Shown here piece after piece: positions 1 through 12,400 of a stretch of 60,000 nucleotides of DNA. The notes below the pieces were generated by a model. It worked only from the letters and a program-made list of their open reading frames with translations, searched no databases and was not told where the DNA came from. Every line of letters begins with the position of its first letter. Position 1 is the stretch's first letter. The position numbers and the translations under genes were made by a program. The stretch covers positions 13,270,001-13,330,000 of the forward strand of contig OZ249436.1 of NCBI GenBank assembly GCA_965235115.1, read 5' to 3'. Origin of the DNA: Laetmonice hystrix (lineage: Eukaryota).

Positions 1-305
1 GTATGTAGATGAGATTATTTGAAGTCAGTGATGCATCTTGAACAAGTATAGCGAAGCACTGGTACGATTTGTTCTCTGCAACCATTTAATTATCTCAAGG
101 AAAGCCATTATGTTGCCTAAATTGTGTTGCAAGAATATCATTTATGCTGAGCTTAGGCCTATGGATTATTTTGGGTTTTTTTTGGATGCGCGGGTATGGC
201 CTCCCTGTTGTTACCAATATGATCACCCCCTTGAGAACGGTGGCCATGATGTAAGCATATAACCGATGTCATTGTCTTGTCCTGTACGAAACGTGCTGCC
301 TGCAG

Positions 306-404
306 ACACCGACGAGACGGACAAGGAACCATTCGACGAGCAGAAGTTCCTGCAAGGACAGCTATCACTAGTAGGAGGCGAGCCTAACCCTCTGCCACCA
401 AAGG
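306..404 (+). CDS. Upstream gene exon, motif copy 1 (DTDETDKEPFDEQKFLQGQLSLVGGEPNPLPPK)
   Basis: cctgcag| acceptor, g|gtaacc donor, 99 nt, phase 1-1. Confidence 0.75.
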
Positions 405-3400
405 GTAACCTTTTCCTCCCATCAATGTGTTCAAAGAACTGTTCTTTGTTCTAAATTGTCTACTCACCCTATCTATGTATGTATGTATATGTTTGGACGT
501 TTATAGCTGTACATGTTCGATCACATTTCCATCTGTGCTTGTGGTAAATATACTACAGCTACAACAAAGCACAAATGGAAATGTATTTTGTTGCGTTTAT
601 TATTATTTTTTTAAAATTATTATTATTATTTTTAAACAAGATAGTGCAATGTTCGCCGTTACTGCTGAGGTACCCCTCACTGTGACAAATCACTTGCATG
701 AAATGTGTGGTTACATTATGAGATGATACACAGAGCGTATTAATAAAAGCAACGCTTTCATGTAGAGTATATTTTTTAATTAACCGACTGGCCATGCCAG
801 CATGAAAAAAGGAGCACCAATTAGACCTGCCTACTGTGATGTGTTGGTCACCGCGGAATTCATTCCGCGACCGGACCAAATCTGGTGGGGCACTACTGCG
901 CCACCTATCGGAATGAGATAAAAAGTATATTAATTTTATTGATAGAAATCCTGCGGGGTATAGTTCATAGAAATAGATATAATTAGTTCATAGAAATAGC
1001 TATAATATGTCATATCAATTAAAAGGAATGATCCAGATTCTAGACTAACTGCATCTGATTCAGTGATCTAAAACAAATACAAATGTACTTTCTGAATGCG
1101 AACCGACAGTGTCTGGAGGCTGCCTCTCTCTCCGGTTTGTATTCAGTCTCATGCATCTATCGTTTATCGATGATACAGGTTTCCGCAAAAAATACCAGTT
1201 GATATTGAATTATTTGAACTTTGTTGGAACCTTTGTATTGGAACCTGCAAGACCTACTGATTTCAATTAATTGAACTTGTTCTGTTGTTTTTTAATTAAA
1301 TACCAAAATTGAAAAAGAAAAATATTCTCTACACAGGTATCTTTTTCAGTCAATTCTTTATATTTAAATCATACAAGGTTATATGCATATCTGTAGATGG
1401 ATACTCTATGTATACACTGATGTCATACTATAAACTTGAACACCTACCTTGTGTTAACGTTCGCCTGTCGATTGACTTTGTAGAGTCCTCCGTTCCCAAG
1501 GAGATCCCAGAGTGGGCCAAACGTCGGCAGTCGGTCGGTGAGGTCGACCCTCAGTATTACGACGAGCAACTCTACCTGCATGGCTGTATCCCACTCGTCA
1601 GCGGCGGCACCCCAGATCTCATGCCGGGTAAGTGATCGCCTGCCGACGACAGAGAGAGGAGTACAAACATATGAGCGAACCAAGAGGTCATCAGGTCAAA
1701 TATATTTAGGTCCGCTTTCTTCAAAGCTGACTTCCGGCGGAAGAAGTAGCATCTTTATATCGTATAGCTGGAGGGAGGGGGTGTCTGCCTTCGTTTAATT
1801 AAGGATCCACTTCACCAATTAGCCTTTGTTAGGACAAAGACTGATTGATTCCCCACCCTGCAGGGTCATAGAGCCGCTATATACAAACAAATTGTCTATT
1901 ATACGGCTCACTTCCTAATTTCATTCACAGTTAAGACGCTTCGCAAGAAGCCACCTAAACCAAAGGAAGAGGAGGAGGAGGAAGAGGAGAATGCGCACGC
2001 TTTCGACGAGGATGACTTCCTGGCGGGTCGTATACCCGTTCTGCGTGGGTCCGTCGACCAGGACACCACACCTAGAGGTAGGCCTTAACACACTCGCCCC
2101 CCAATCACGGAAACGTCTAGAGATGACCATGTTCTCAGTCGCGTATAAATAATTAAGAGTGCAGTTACCGGGGCAGAAACAGGACAGAGGTCTTGGGTTG
2201 AGACTCTGGGGGATTCTGCAGAAACAGGACAGAGGTCTTGGCTCGAGATTCTGGGGGATTCTGCAGAAACAGGACAGAGGTCTTGGGTCGAGACTCTGGG
2301 GGATTGTGCAGTAACAGGACAGAGGTCTTGGGTCGAGACTCTGGGATCATGCAGAAACAGGACAGAGGTCTTGGGTTGAGACTCTGGGGGATTGTGCAGT
2401 AACAGGACAGAGGTCTTGGGTCGAGACTCTGGGATCATGCAGAAACAGGACAGAGGTCTTGGGTTGAGACTCTGGGATCATGCAGAAACAGGACAGAGGT
2501 CTTGGGTCGACACTCTGGGGGATTGTGCAGTAACAGGACAGAGGTCTTGGGTCGAGACTCTGGGGGATTGTGCAGAAACAGGACAGAGGTCTTGGGTCGA
2601 CACTCTGGGGGATTGTGCAGTAACAGGACAGAGGTCTTGGGTCGAGACTCTGGGATCATGCAGAAACAGGACAGAGGTCTTGGGTCGAGACTCTGGGGGA
2701 TTGTGCAGAAACAGGACAGAGGTCTTGGGTCGAGACTCTGGGATCATGCAGAAACAGGACAGAGGTCTTAGGTCGAGACTCTGGGGGATTGTGCAGAAAC
2801 AGGACAGAGGTCATGGGTTGAGACTCTGGGGGATTGTGCAGAAACAGGACAGAGGTCTTGGGTCGAGACTCTGGGATCATGCAGAAACAGGACAGAGGTC
2901 TTGGGTCGAGACTCTGGGGGATTGTGCAGTAACAGGACAGAGGTCTTGGGTCGAGACTCTGGGGGATTGTGCAGTAACAGGACAGAGGTCTTGGGTCGAG
3001 ACTCTGGGGGATTGTACAGAAACAGGACAGAGGTCTTGGGTCGAGACTCTGGGGTATTGTGCAGAAACAGGACAGAGGTCTTGGGTCGAGACTCTGGGAT
3101 CATACAGAAACAGGACAGAGGTCTTGGGTCGAGACTCTGGGGGATTCTGCAGAAACAGGACAGAGGTCTTGGGTCGAGACTCTGGGATCATGCAGAAACA
3201 GGACAGAGGTCTTGGGTCGAGACTCTGGGGGATTGTGCAGTAACAGGACAGAGGTCTTGGGTCGAGACTCTGGGGGATTGTGCAGTAACAGGACAGAGGT
3301 CTTGGGTCGAGACTCTTGGGGATTGTGCAGAAACAGGACAGAGGTCTTGGGTCGAGACTCTGGGGGATTGTGCAGAAACAGGACAGAGTCGCGTCATCTC

Positions 3401-6400
3401 CGACCTGTTTTGAGGAGGACTATATCTTCATGCATCCCTATGAAGCTTCCTGTGCTTTCTGTTCTTTGTGTCTGGATTTGTTGAAGTAGATGGCGCCAGG
3501 GTTAAACAGAAACTGCCGCGGGACGTCGGCGCAAATGATGCAGAGGGTGGCGCTGAGAAGAGCATGTGATAGGAGAAGAGATAGATAGGCCTACTCTCGT
3601 TCAACATCTGAATCGCCGATACCTGAACAAAGACAAAGCCATAAAGGGAACCGTACCCCGGTCAAATTAACACGACATGCACCGTTATAATATTAACTCT
3701 CTGCTATTATCGCTGTCCTCCCATATTACGCCGACCCCATTAAAAACGCCCAGTCGCATGCCCGGAAGGGCCAGTCTCGATTGACATATAGTGTTTATAA
3801 ATACACGTATAACAGTCCAGAAGCTGTATCGGCCGGTCGAGATGTCGAGCTCCTGCCCCCTCGACATACGACAACAGTAGCGAAGCGGAAACGGAAGTCG
3901 AGGTGTTCCGAATGTGGCCGCCAGCCAATGTGGCCGCCAGTCATCGCGGCCATGTGGCCCCAGGCCGTCACTATAGTAGGACCACCTTCCGTTACATTGG
4001 TCCATGTCGGGGTGGAGCGTTCAGACCGCTGCCGTTAGGGGACGTTATCATTCCACTGCACAAACTTTTAAAACGGAAAGTCACCACAAGGGAGATATTG
4101 CGACATGTCGCTGCAAACATACGAGAAACGGTTGAAGTCAGCGGCCGTGTATCCGACGACCACCAGCTTTCGTGACATTCACCCGTGTTGGGCTCTGTTC
4201 AAATTCATTCCGGAGACATGGCGCTCGATGTTACTGTTAGACAGACGGTCCGTCCATTACTTGCCAGGTAAGCGCCAGTCATACAGACCTAAAGATACTG
4301 ACAGGTATCATTCCGGAGACATGGCGCTCCATGTTACTGTTAGACAGACGGTCCGTCCATTACTTACCAGGTAAGCACCAGTCATACAGACCTAAAGATA
4401 CTGACAGGTATCATTCCGGAGACATGGCGCTCCATGTTACTGTTAGACAGACGGTCCGTCCATTACTTGCCAGGTAAGCTCCAGTCATACAGACCTAAAG
4501 ATACTGACAGGTATCATTCCGGAGACATGGCGCTCCATATTACTGTTAGACAGACGGTCCGTCCATTACTTGCCAGGTAAGCTCCAGTCATACAGACCTA
4601 AAGATACTGGCAGGTATCATTCCGGAGACATGGCGCTCCATGTTACTGTTAGACAGACGGTCCGTCCATTACTTACCAGGTAAGCGCCAGTCATACAGAC
4701 CTAAAGATACTGACAGGTATCATTCCGGAGACATGGCGCTCCATGTTACTGTTAGACAGACGGCCCGTCCATTACTTACCAGGTAAGCGCCAGTCATACT
4801 GACAGATACTGACAGATACAGATACAGATACTGACAGGTATCATTCCGGAGACATGGCGCTCCATGTTACTGTTAGACAGACGGTCCGTCCATTACTTAC
4901 CAGGTAAGCGCCAGTCATACAGACCTAAAGACACTGGCACATATTATAGTGTATCAAATGTAACAGAAACATTAGCTGACATCACCGAGATAGAATTAAG
5001 ATGTGCTATAAACGGGATGATTTTGGAAGGTGGTCCTCCTCTGATAACTCCGCATTTATAGGTTTGCTCATAATATAGATTATGAGAGGAAAAAAACACT
5101 TGCACATATAGAATTACCCCAGGAGTGTGCACGCAACACAATTCGTTCTGAGAAGAAAGTGCACGCTGATCCTAAAAGCTTGCAAAACGGTCCAAACAAC
5201 CCACTTACATGTTATACCGGCGTACATAATATTTACGACTTGGTGATGACTATACCTGAGTATATATTGTCATGTAGCGAGTTATATTTCCGTGTTTATG
5301 AGACAATGTTAGCACAGGAGCGGGTACTGTATGAACGTATTGTGACCGATACGAGCGCCGTGACCGGTACGTGATGGGGCCCACTTGATTAGGGCTGACC
5401 CATGAAACAGATTTTGTTTTAAAGGTGGCACATAGGCCTAACAATTATTATTACGGTGACATGGTTCATATTACATACAGGCGTACACAAATATTGGCCC
5501 CATATCCACTATAGTTATGTTCTCTGCTTCTCTACAAACTCTGCAGGGAAGGCCCTGTTCCGGCTAGATATGTCTGAACGGCTATTTATGTCCGACAGGA
5601 GATATGTCCGCAAACATGAGCTAGATGTGTCCAGAGAAATTGATATGTCCGCAAATATCAGCTAGATGTAAACTGCCGGTCTCGCACAGCCTTGGCATAT
5701 CCATTTTAATACATCGCTGAAACTAGAAGAAAAAAAAACTGGAACATTTGGAAAGTTAACATCGTTTTGGTGATAGGCCACAATATTTCGGCTCATTCAG
5801 CCCCTCCCTGATCCTGATGAATGGGGGGCGAGAGGCGAGAGCAAATCAGGGATTGGTCTAACTCTTCAGGGTCAAAGTCCTAACGTTCGTATCTGGCGAC
5901 TGGAGACACACGATAGCCTATTGAGAGTCAACTGGTTTGGAACCTTGCCGCAGATTGAGCACACTGACGGGCTGCGCGTTCTATTATAGAAGCCTTTAGA
6001 AGAGTTGTCCACGGATCTTCGAGTTTCACCCTCACCTCTCCCTCATTGACACCAACCGAGCGAACCTCTTCGTACTGTCAGGTTTTCAACAGCGTCTGTT
6101 TCCAGACTACGACCGAACGTTGAGACCCGAGTCTCGCCTTTCCTAGACACTTGTACAGCGTTACTAATTGCTTGAGATACACACCATGTTTGTTGGTCGG
6201 GTACCACAGAACAGGTGTGACAGACACAGCACAGGGTTGATCACGATATTAAACTATATCTCAGCGAAATCACAAACCTTAAGGTAGTGCACGTTGTAGG
6301 TAAACATTTAACCATACTTTTAAAATGAATTTTGTCTTGATTCTTAACATTTGGTTTCGTGAAAATCAAAGAAACTTGTAAACATCCAGGCCACAACGGC

Positions 6401-9400
6401 CCATGGCAACTATAGACGAAGGTGACACCAAGCGTCAAAAAGCCCTATGGTGTCTCCGCTAGGGGGCCAAGCAAGGAACGTGAGCGGACGAGCGTACAAG
6501 CGTCAATAGCCACATTGCAGGCATTGGTGGTATCTGTGATGGATGCTGCCATCTGGTGGTCAGTTTTAAATAGGCGCACTCTAGAGGATAATCCGGATAT
6601 CCACAAATGTCAGCTAAATGTGTCCAGTAATCCGGATATGTCCGCAAATATCGGCTAGTTGTGCCCGCTACCGGACACATCTAGCTGATGTTTGCGGACA
6701 TATCTCCTATCGGACATAACTAGCCGTTCGGACGTATCTATAGCCGGAACAGGCCCTTGAGTCAACATTCCATGTTTCTGTCTTTCTACTTTCCGCCAAA
6801 CTTGAAGAGTTAGGGGTGGCTGTCAATTGACAGTTTATTTTGATATAGTGATTGCCGACCAATATCGGTGTGTGTGTGTGGGGGGGGGGGGGTACGATGT
6901 TTGGTGATATAATGAGTCATTGTTAAACCCCCTTGTTGAGTAGCTGTGTTTATACTATTATATTAATGCACCGTTTGTATATTTGTGTGTCAGAGCCCCG
7001 GATGGAACCAGAGCGCATGCTGGCCCCCTGGGAGAGAGATCCCACCCAGGAGATCTACGCGGAGGAGGAGTTTGATGAGAGTCAGTTCCTCCGTGGACGG
7101 ATTCCGGTAGTACGCCGGTCTGCCGACAGGGAACTGTCAGAGAAAGAAGGTAGGACCCGTCACTGGTATCGTTGTCCTAATTGCAATGTTATAATTATAT
7201 TTTTTTCTAAACTACTTTTCCCCTCTGCTATAGGCCTACTACACCTCCACTGATCGAGTCAGAAGTTATCAAAGTTTGGACGATTTTCGTTATAGGCAAA
7301 AGCGCGACAAGAGGGGACAAGGGTCACATGCCTTCCGATAAATTAAAATGTCATAAATTAGACAGATTTTATCGAAAGACACCCCCCCCCCCCATATCCC
7401 TTGTGGCGCCCGTGGACATGGTCGACATTTAAACTGTCGTAAAACGGTCGCCGTTACAGTCGGTATACACAGTCATGTAGCCAGTAGGCCTACACACGCG
7501 ATAATACAGTTCATCTTTGTAAACCAACAGATTGCCAGCGACATCACCAGGTCGGTCAATTGTCATGTTGTGCTTCTGAAAGACAAAGACGGCAAAAAAA
7601 CGAATATAAGAGATTATCACATGTTGCCATTCATTTTATTTTAACATATCCGGTAATATAGAATGTGACGAGTAAATGACGTCAACTTTAAGATTCTTGT
7701 TGCTACTTGACTGAGACTCAACGAGGGCCAAATCCTGACGTCATAGCCTACTAGTACTATGATCATTGTGAGGGTCTCTACAGAACATTGGGCGATAGTC
7801 TTTTGACGAGGCCCCAATAAACATTTTTAGGCGGCTTTCCCGAGAAGCAAAAGAAAAGCGAGCCGCGAGCCCCATGGGAGCTGTGGAGAGTGGACTCTGA
7901 CGAGGAGGATGGGTTTGACGAACATGACTATCTCCGGGGCCAGACTTCGGTTGTGAAGGGTAGAGATCGTGTGCTGTGTGTACTACTGCTGCGCCCTCTA
8001 CCGTCTTGTCCCTGTACAATCTCGACCTGACCGACCCGATGCGTACCTTTGTCTCTAGCTGATGGTGTACATTGATTTCTACCACTCAGTCCTAGCGTCC
8101 CTCTCCCACAGATGACGTCGAGCCCGCAGTCACGTGACGGTGTCATGTAATCAATTTGCATATGTCCTTGACCTCCATTCCAGGTGACTCTCTTTTTGTG
8201 CTGTCAACTGATCTCTTCCCATGATTCCGTGGATGCTAACTGTTTTAAACTTCTGACGGTGTGGTGTTAGTTATTGAACCAGATAGACTGGTTTGGTGGA
8301 AACCAAGTTGGTGTATTGCCGTGGATGCGTGAGGCGGCCCTGTGATTGCGAATGCTGTGGTTAGGTCGCCCAGGTAGATGCCATACCCGTGCTGTTTCTT
8401 CAATGAGTTAATGAGAAGAGAATCAATCAAATCTGATGGCTGCCAGGTGGTTTTTATCGCATTTTCCACTTATATCTATCCTTGTTTGAAATATCAGTTC
8501 CTTTATATCGCAGTGCGACTTACACGCGAATCTCTTTTTCTTTTTTTTTTTTTTTTTTTTTTGAGGTTGACATCTTAAGTGATAACTCCGTTTTGTATAA
8601 TCATGTACTTGCGGGCATATAAAAACAATTGTCCCGTCTACACGGAGAACGATACACGTTCATGTCGATACTGGTGAAGGCGAACGTGTTTATTGTATAA
8701 GGTGAGGTGATGGAAGGATTCCTGCCTTTACTGGCCATCCTCAGGACGAGAACATAATACAAGAGTTCACCTTACAGTGTGTGTCAACAAAACTGTGGTC
8801 CCCTATATGTTCTATACAAATGTGTTCAGTATGTATATGATGCCCTTCCCTTGTGTCAGTTAATAACATTATCCAGTAAGCTACCTGACCTAAAATCCAC
8901 GTAGTTACGGGTACACCGTAAATATGAAGGGCATGATTGAGGCATCTCCCGACCTGCTGTGATTTGTGTCCGTAAAATGTCCGTATAAAGATTAGATCCA
9001 TATAGATTGATAGCAGATGGTGTGTCCCTTGGATGTACCGTGTGTAATATAGAGTTAGATAATATACTAATCCGTAATAATACAGTGAAGGTGGAGTTAT
9101 AGGTGAGTACCTCCTAGTGTCTGCTAACATTGTGCACTCTGTGTCGTAGCATCCAACCAACGTATCCCGTCTCGTGCCTTCCTCCGTCTCAGCCGTTCTG
9201 TGAGCAGAAACCACGGTCGGCCTCAATCTCCTGCGAGTAACGGTGAGTTCCCAACCTCCCCCACCCACTCAATACTGAGTCATCACAACGACATCGGGCT
9301 CACAAGGCCAAATGCCCGCTTTGTGCGGTAACATATGGAAGTTGTATGTTATGTGTAAATGCGTACTTATTTAAGTTGAATGTGTCCAAAATGAGCTATG

Positions 9401-12400
9401 ACAAACGTTATAGGCTTCACGAGTGTAAGTCATTATAGAGTCCCATTGCCTTTTTCGTGTGTGCATAGAGAGAGAAGTGTACATAACTGCTGCTCGGGGT
9501 ATATAGATGAAAACCTGGCGGTAGGCTGACTTCGCTTCCATGGTAGAATCCAATAGCTGGAATGTCAATGACTCGGAACACTGGTTGTATAGGCCTTCCA
9601 TGCAATACCCACAACATACCAGAATCCGTTCCTGAGGTGGAGAGTGCTCTTTTTTACACAGATTCGGCGCCGTGTGAAACGGACGACACACCAGCCACGC
9701 CACGAAAATCCCGCAGCAGGAAACCTAAATATGGTGATGTGATTGCACAACAAAGCAGATTGGTGCTTTTTGTTGATGTGGCACACCAGTTGAAATTGTC
9801 GGACCAGCACATTAAAAAGAGATCCCTCCCTGCTTAGTAACAGGACCAATGTGTCCTTTAACTCTCCTGTTCACTATAAGAACAAGAAAGGAGCTGAGCA
9901 TGGTAGATACTCGGTATCCCGTAACTTCTGTGGTAATATTGTCTCAGACAATCTTACGCTGCAGTGAAGTCTGATAGATTGATAACCAACATCGTCAGAA
10001 ATAACATGGTTTCTGCAATCTCATCAGTCTAAGAGCGTACCTCATACTATACTGATACTCAGATACCAGCAATCGCCTTCTGACGTATAACAGGTCCTAG
10101 ATAATGCCCTGGCGGTACCCCACTCATCGTTTGCATGATCCCTTCTCTATACCTCTTACTGTTGTCTGAGCTATGTCTGCCGTTTGTGGTTTACGTTACG
10201 TCTGTCACTTCTATGCATACCCTTGTCCATACTCTACTAAATGTAATCTGTCCTGCATGGAAATATCCCCAAACCAAAAAGCCAGTGAAACGCTCTGCTA
10301 ACACTGTTACTCAGTGTGTGTATGCTGTCTCCTATCTATATAAGAATTCGTATTAAAATAATACATCAAGAATGATAATATTTCAGAAACGTCTTCATCT
10401 TGAACCCGTTCTTTCCAATTTATTATATAAACCCGGACTGCCTGTTTCTTTATTGGCAGTTTCAATGTCATTTGTTATAACATTGTCTACAACTATACAT
10501 GATCTTTTATTCTGCCTAGTAACCAGTGGCGGCACTAGAGGGTAAGGGGTAAATTCCCCCTCAAATGTTGTTTACGCCCGTCGTACACCCATTCTATATG
10601 CTCCAAAGTATAGTGCCCATGTCCTTGATTTCCCCCCTGATTTTCTGTTTTGACCCACTTTACCCCAACCCCTGGTTTTTAGTATGGCCCCGCCACTGGC
10701 AGTGATATCTCAAATGTACACTGCATATCTAACTTCAGAGATGGGCCAGACCAGGTCCGTTAATACCTATGTTCTCCCCGCTGAAATCTTGGGGTGGATC
10801 CTATACCAGAAAACAGTGCTATTGCCGCGAACACGCTCAAGCAATGAGTCGTTTGGTTTGGCTTGCAGACCGAAGCCGCAGCTTGAGTCCTGGTTCGGCC
10901 AAACGTCGCCAGAAACAACTTCAGGAAGGAACCAGCAAGGACGTGCCCCTCGATGACCTTACCTACAAGGGCACCAACATCCCGTCCAAGACTTTCCTCA
11001 AGTTGATGAGCCACGTCGACCGCCCAGGGACGGAAGGTGAGAGGGGAACGGACTCAGGCGAAGGTTTAGTCCCAGTCCATCTGAAGGTTTCACGTGTTGA
11101 ACGCGTCAAACTAGTTGCTGATTTTAAATTATTTTACCAGTGAATCATTCTGTCAGTGTTAGTATAGGGCCAAGCGTCTTCCTATAGCGACTACCTGACC
11201 TGTATACGTTTGTCTTCTTGCTTAGACCCGCTCGACCGTCTGCGGGAACACCAGAAGAGCATTGAGTACGATCCGGCCGATGAGGAGGAGGACGAGGAGG
11301 ACGAGGAGATAGATATCCGGGCCCACAGTCCCGAAGCGTACTTTGACGCCCTCCAGCAGCAGACGGCGGGCCCTGGGGCCGACGACAAGGGCAGACAGGT
11401 GAACGGTGAGGTGATGGACAGGTCCAAGGTCGGCCCGCCTGCACCCGCTGCCGGGGGGAGCCCGAGAGACGCGCCCAGGGCCCAGGACCAGGTTCCCATA
11501 ACCCCTACGGAGCCCCCTCGCCAGGTCAAGATTATCTCCAGAGCCAAACCTCAACCTCAGGCTAAACCTCAACCTCAGCCACAGCCACAACTGAAACCAA
11601 GGACTCCACCACAACCTCCTCCCAAACCCGTCACCAAGGTATCTACACATCTTCTTGTCCACTAAGTGATCCACTCTATAATCGAATCTGTAGCAGGACG
11701 CCTACATGTGTATAGTCAGGCCTACATTTGTATAATCGAATCTGTAGCAGTAGGCCTACATGTTGTAAAGTTTAGCCTATAATAGACCAACATCCATTGG
11801 TATTGTTCCCAAACTCAGTACTTTGACCTCTGCCTTACAGTGGATGGAGGACATCATGTAATATTATTCGTCCATGACCATCATTATCGTTATCGTCATT
11901 CTTCGTGATATTGCAATACTAACAATATTACCAAGATTTCTCCTAGTGACCTAATCTTTCCTATTTCATGATTTCTCCTAGTGACCTAATCTTTCCTATT
12001 TCATGATTTCCCCTAGTGACCTAATCTTTCCTATTTCATGATTTCTCCTAGTGACCTAATCTTTCCTATTTCATGATTTCTCCTAGTGACCTAATCTTTC
12101 CTATTTCATGATTTCCCCTAGTGACCTAATCTTTCCTATTTCATGATTTCCCCTAGTGACCTAATCTTTCCTATTTCATGATTTCTCCTAGTGACCTAAT
12201 CTTTCCTATTTCATGATTTCTCCTAATGACCTAATCTTTCCTATTTCATGAATTCCCCTAGTGACCTAATCTTTCCTATTTCATGATTTCTCCTAGTGAC
12301 CTAATCTTTCCTATTTCATGATTTCTCCTAGTGACCTAATCTTTCCTATTTCATGATTTCCCCTAGTGACCTAATCTTTCCTATTTCATGATTTCTCCTA

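Noticed and set aside
2085..3484. Many overlapping repetitive ORFs (up to 283 aa) on both strands
   Set aside because: By-products of a 43/45-bp minisatellite with few stop codons; the 43-bp units shift the frame and there is no splice support
3903..4175. 90-aa ORF upstream of the candidate alternative first exon
   Set aside because: Starts at GTG (internal ATG three codons later), has no donor before its stop and no recognisable similarity; at most a uORF
8089..8140. Possible micro-exon near cacag|atgacg, with a second GTCACGTGAC motif
   Set aside because: The phase-1 reading hits a stop (gtc acg tga) and no acceptor/donor pair fits the surrounding phase-1 exons
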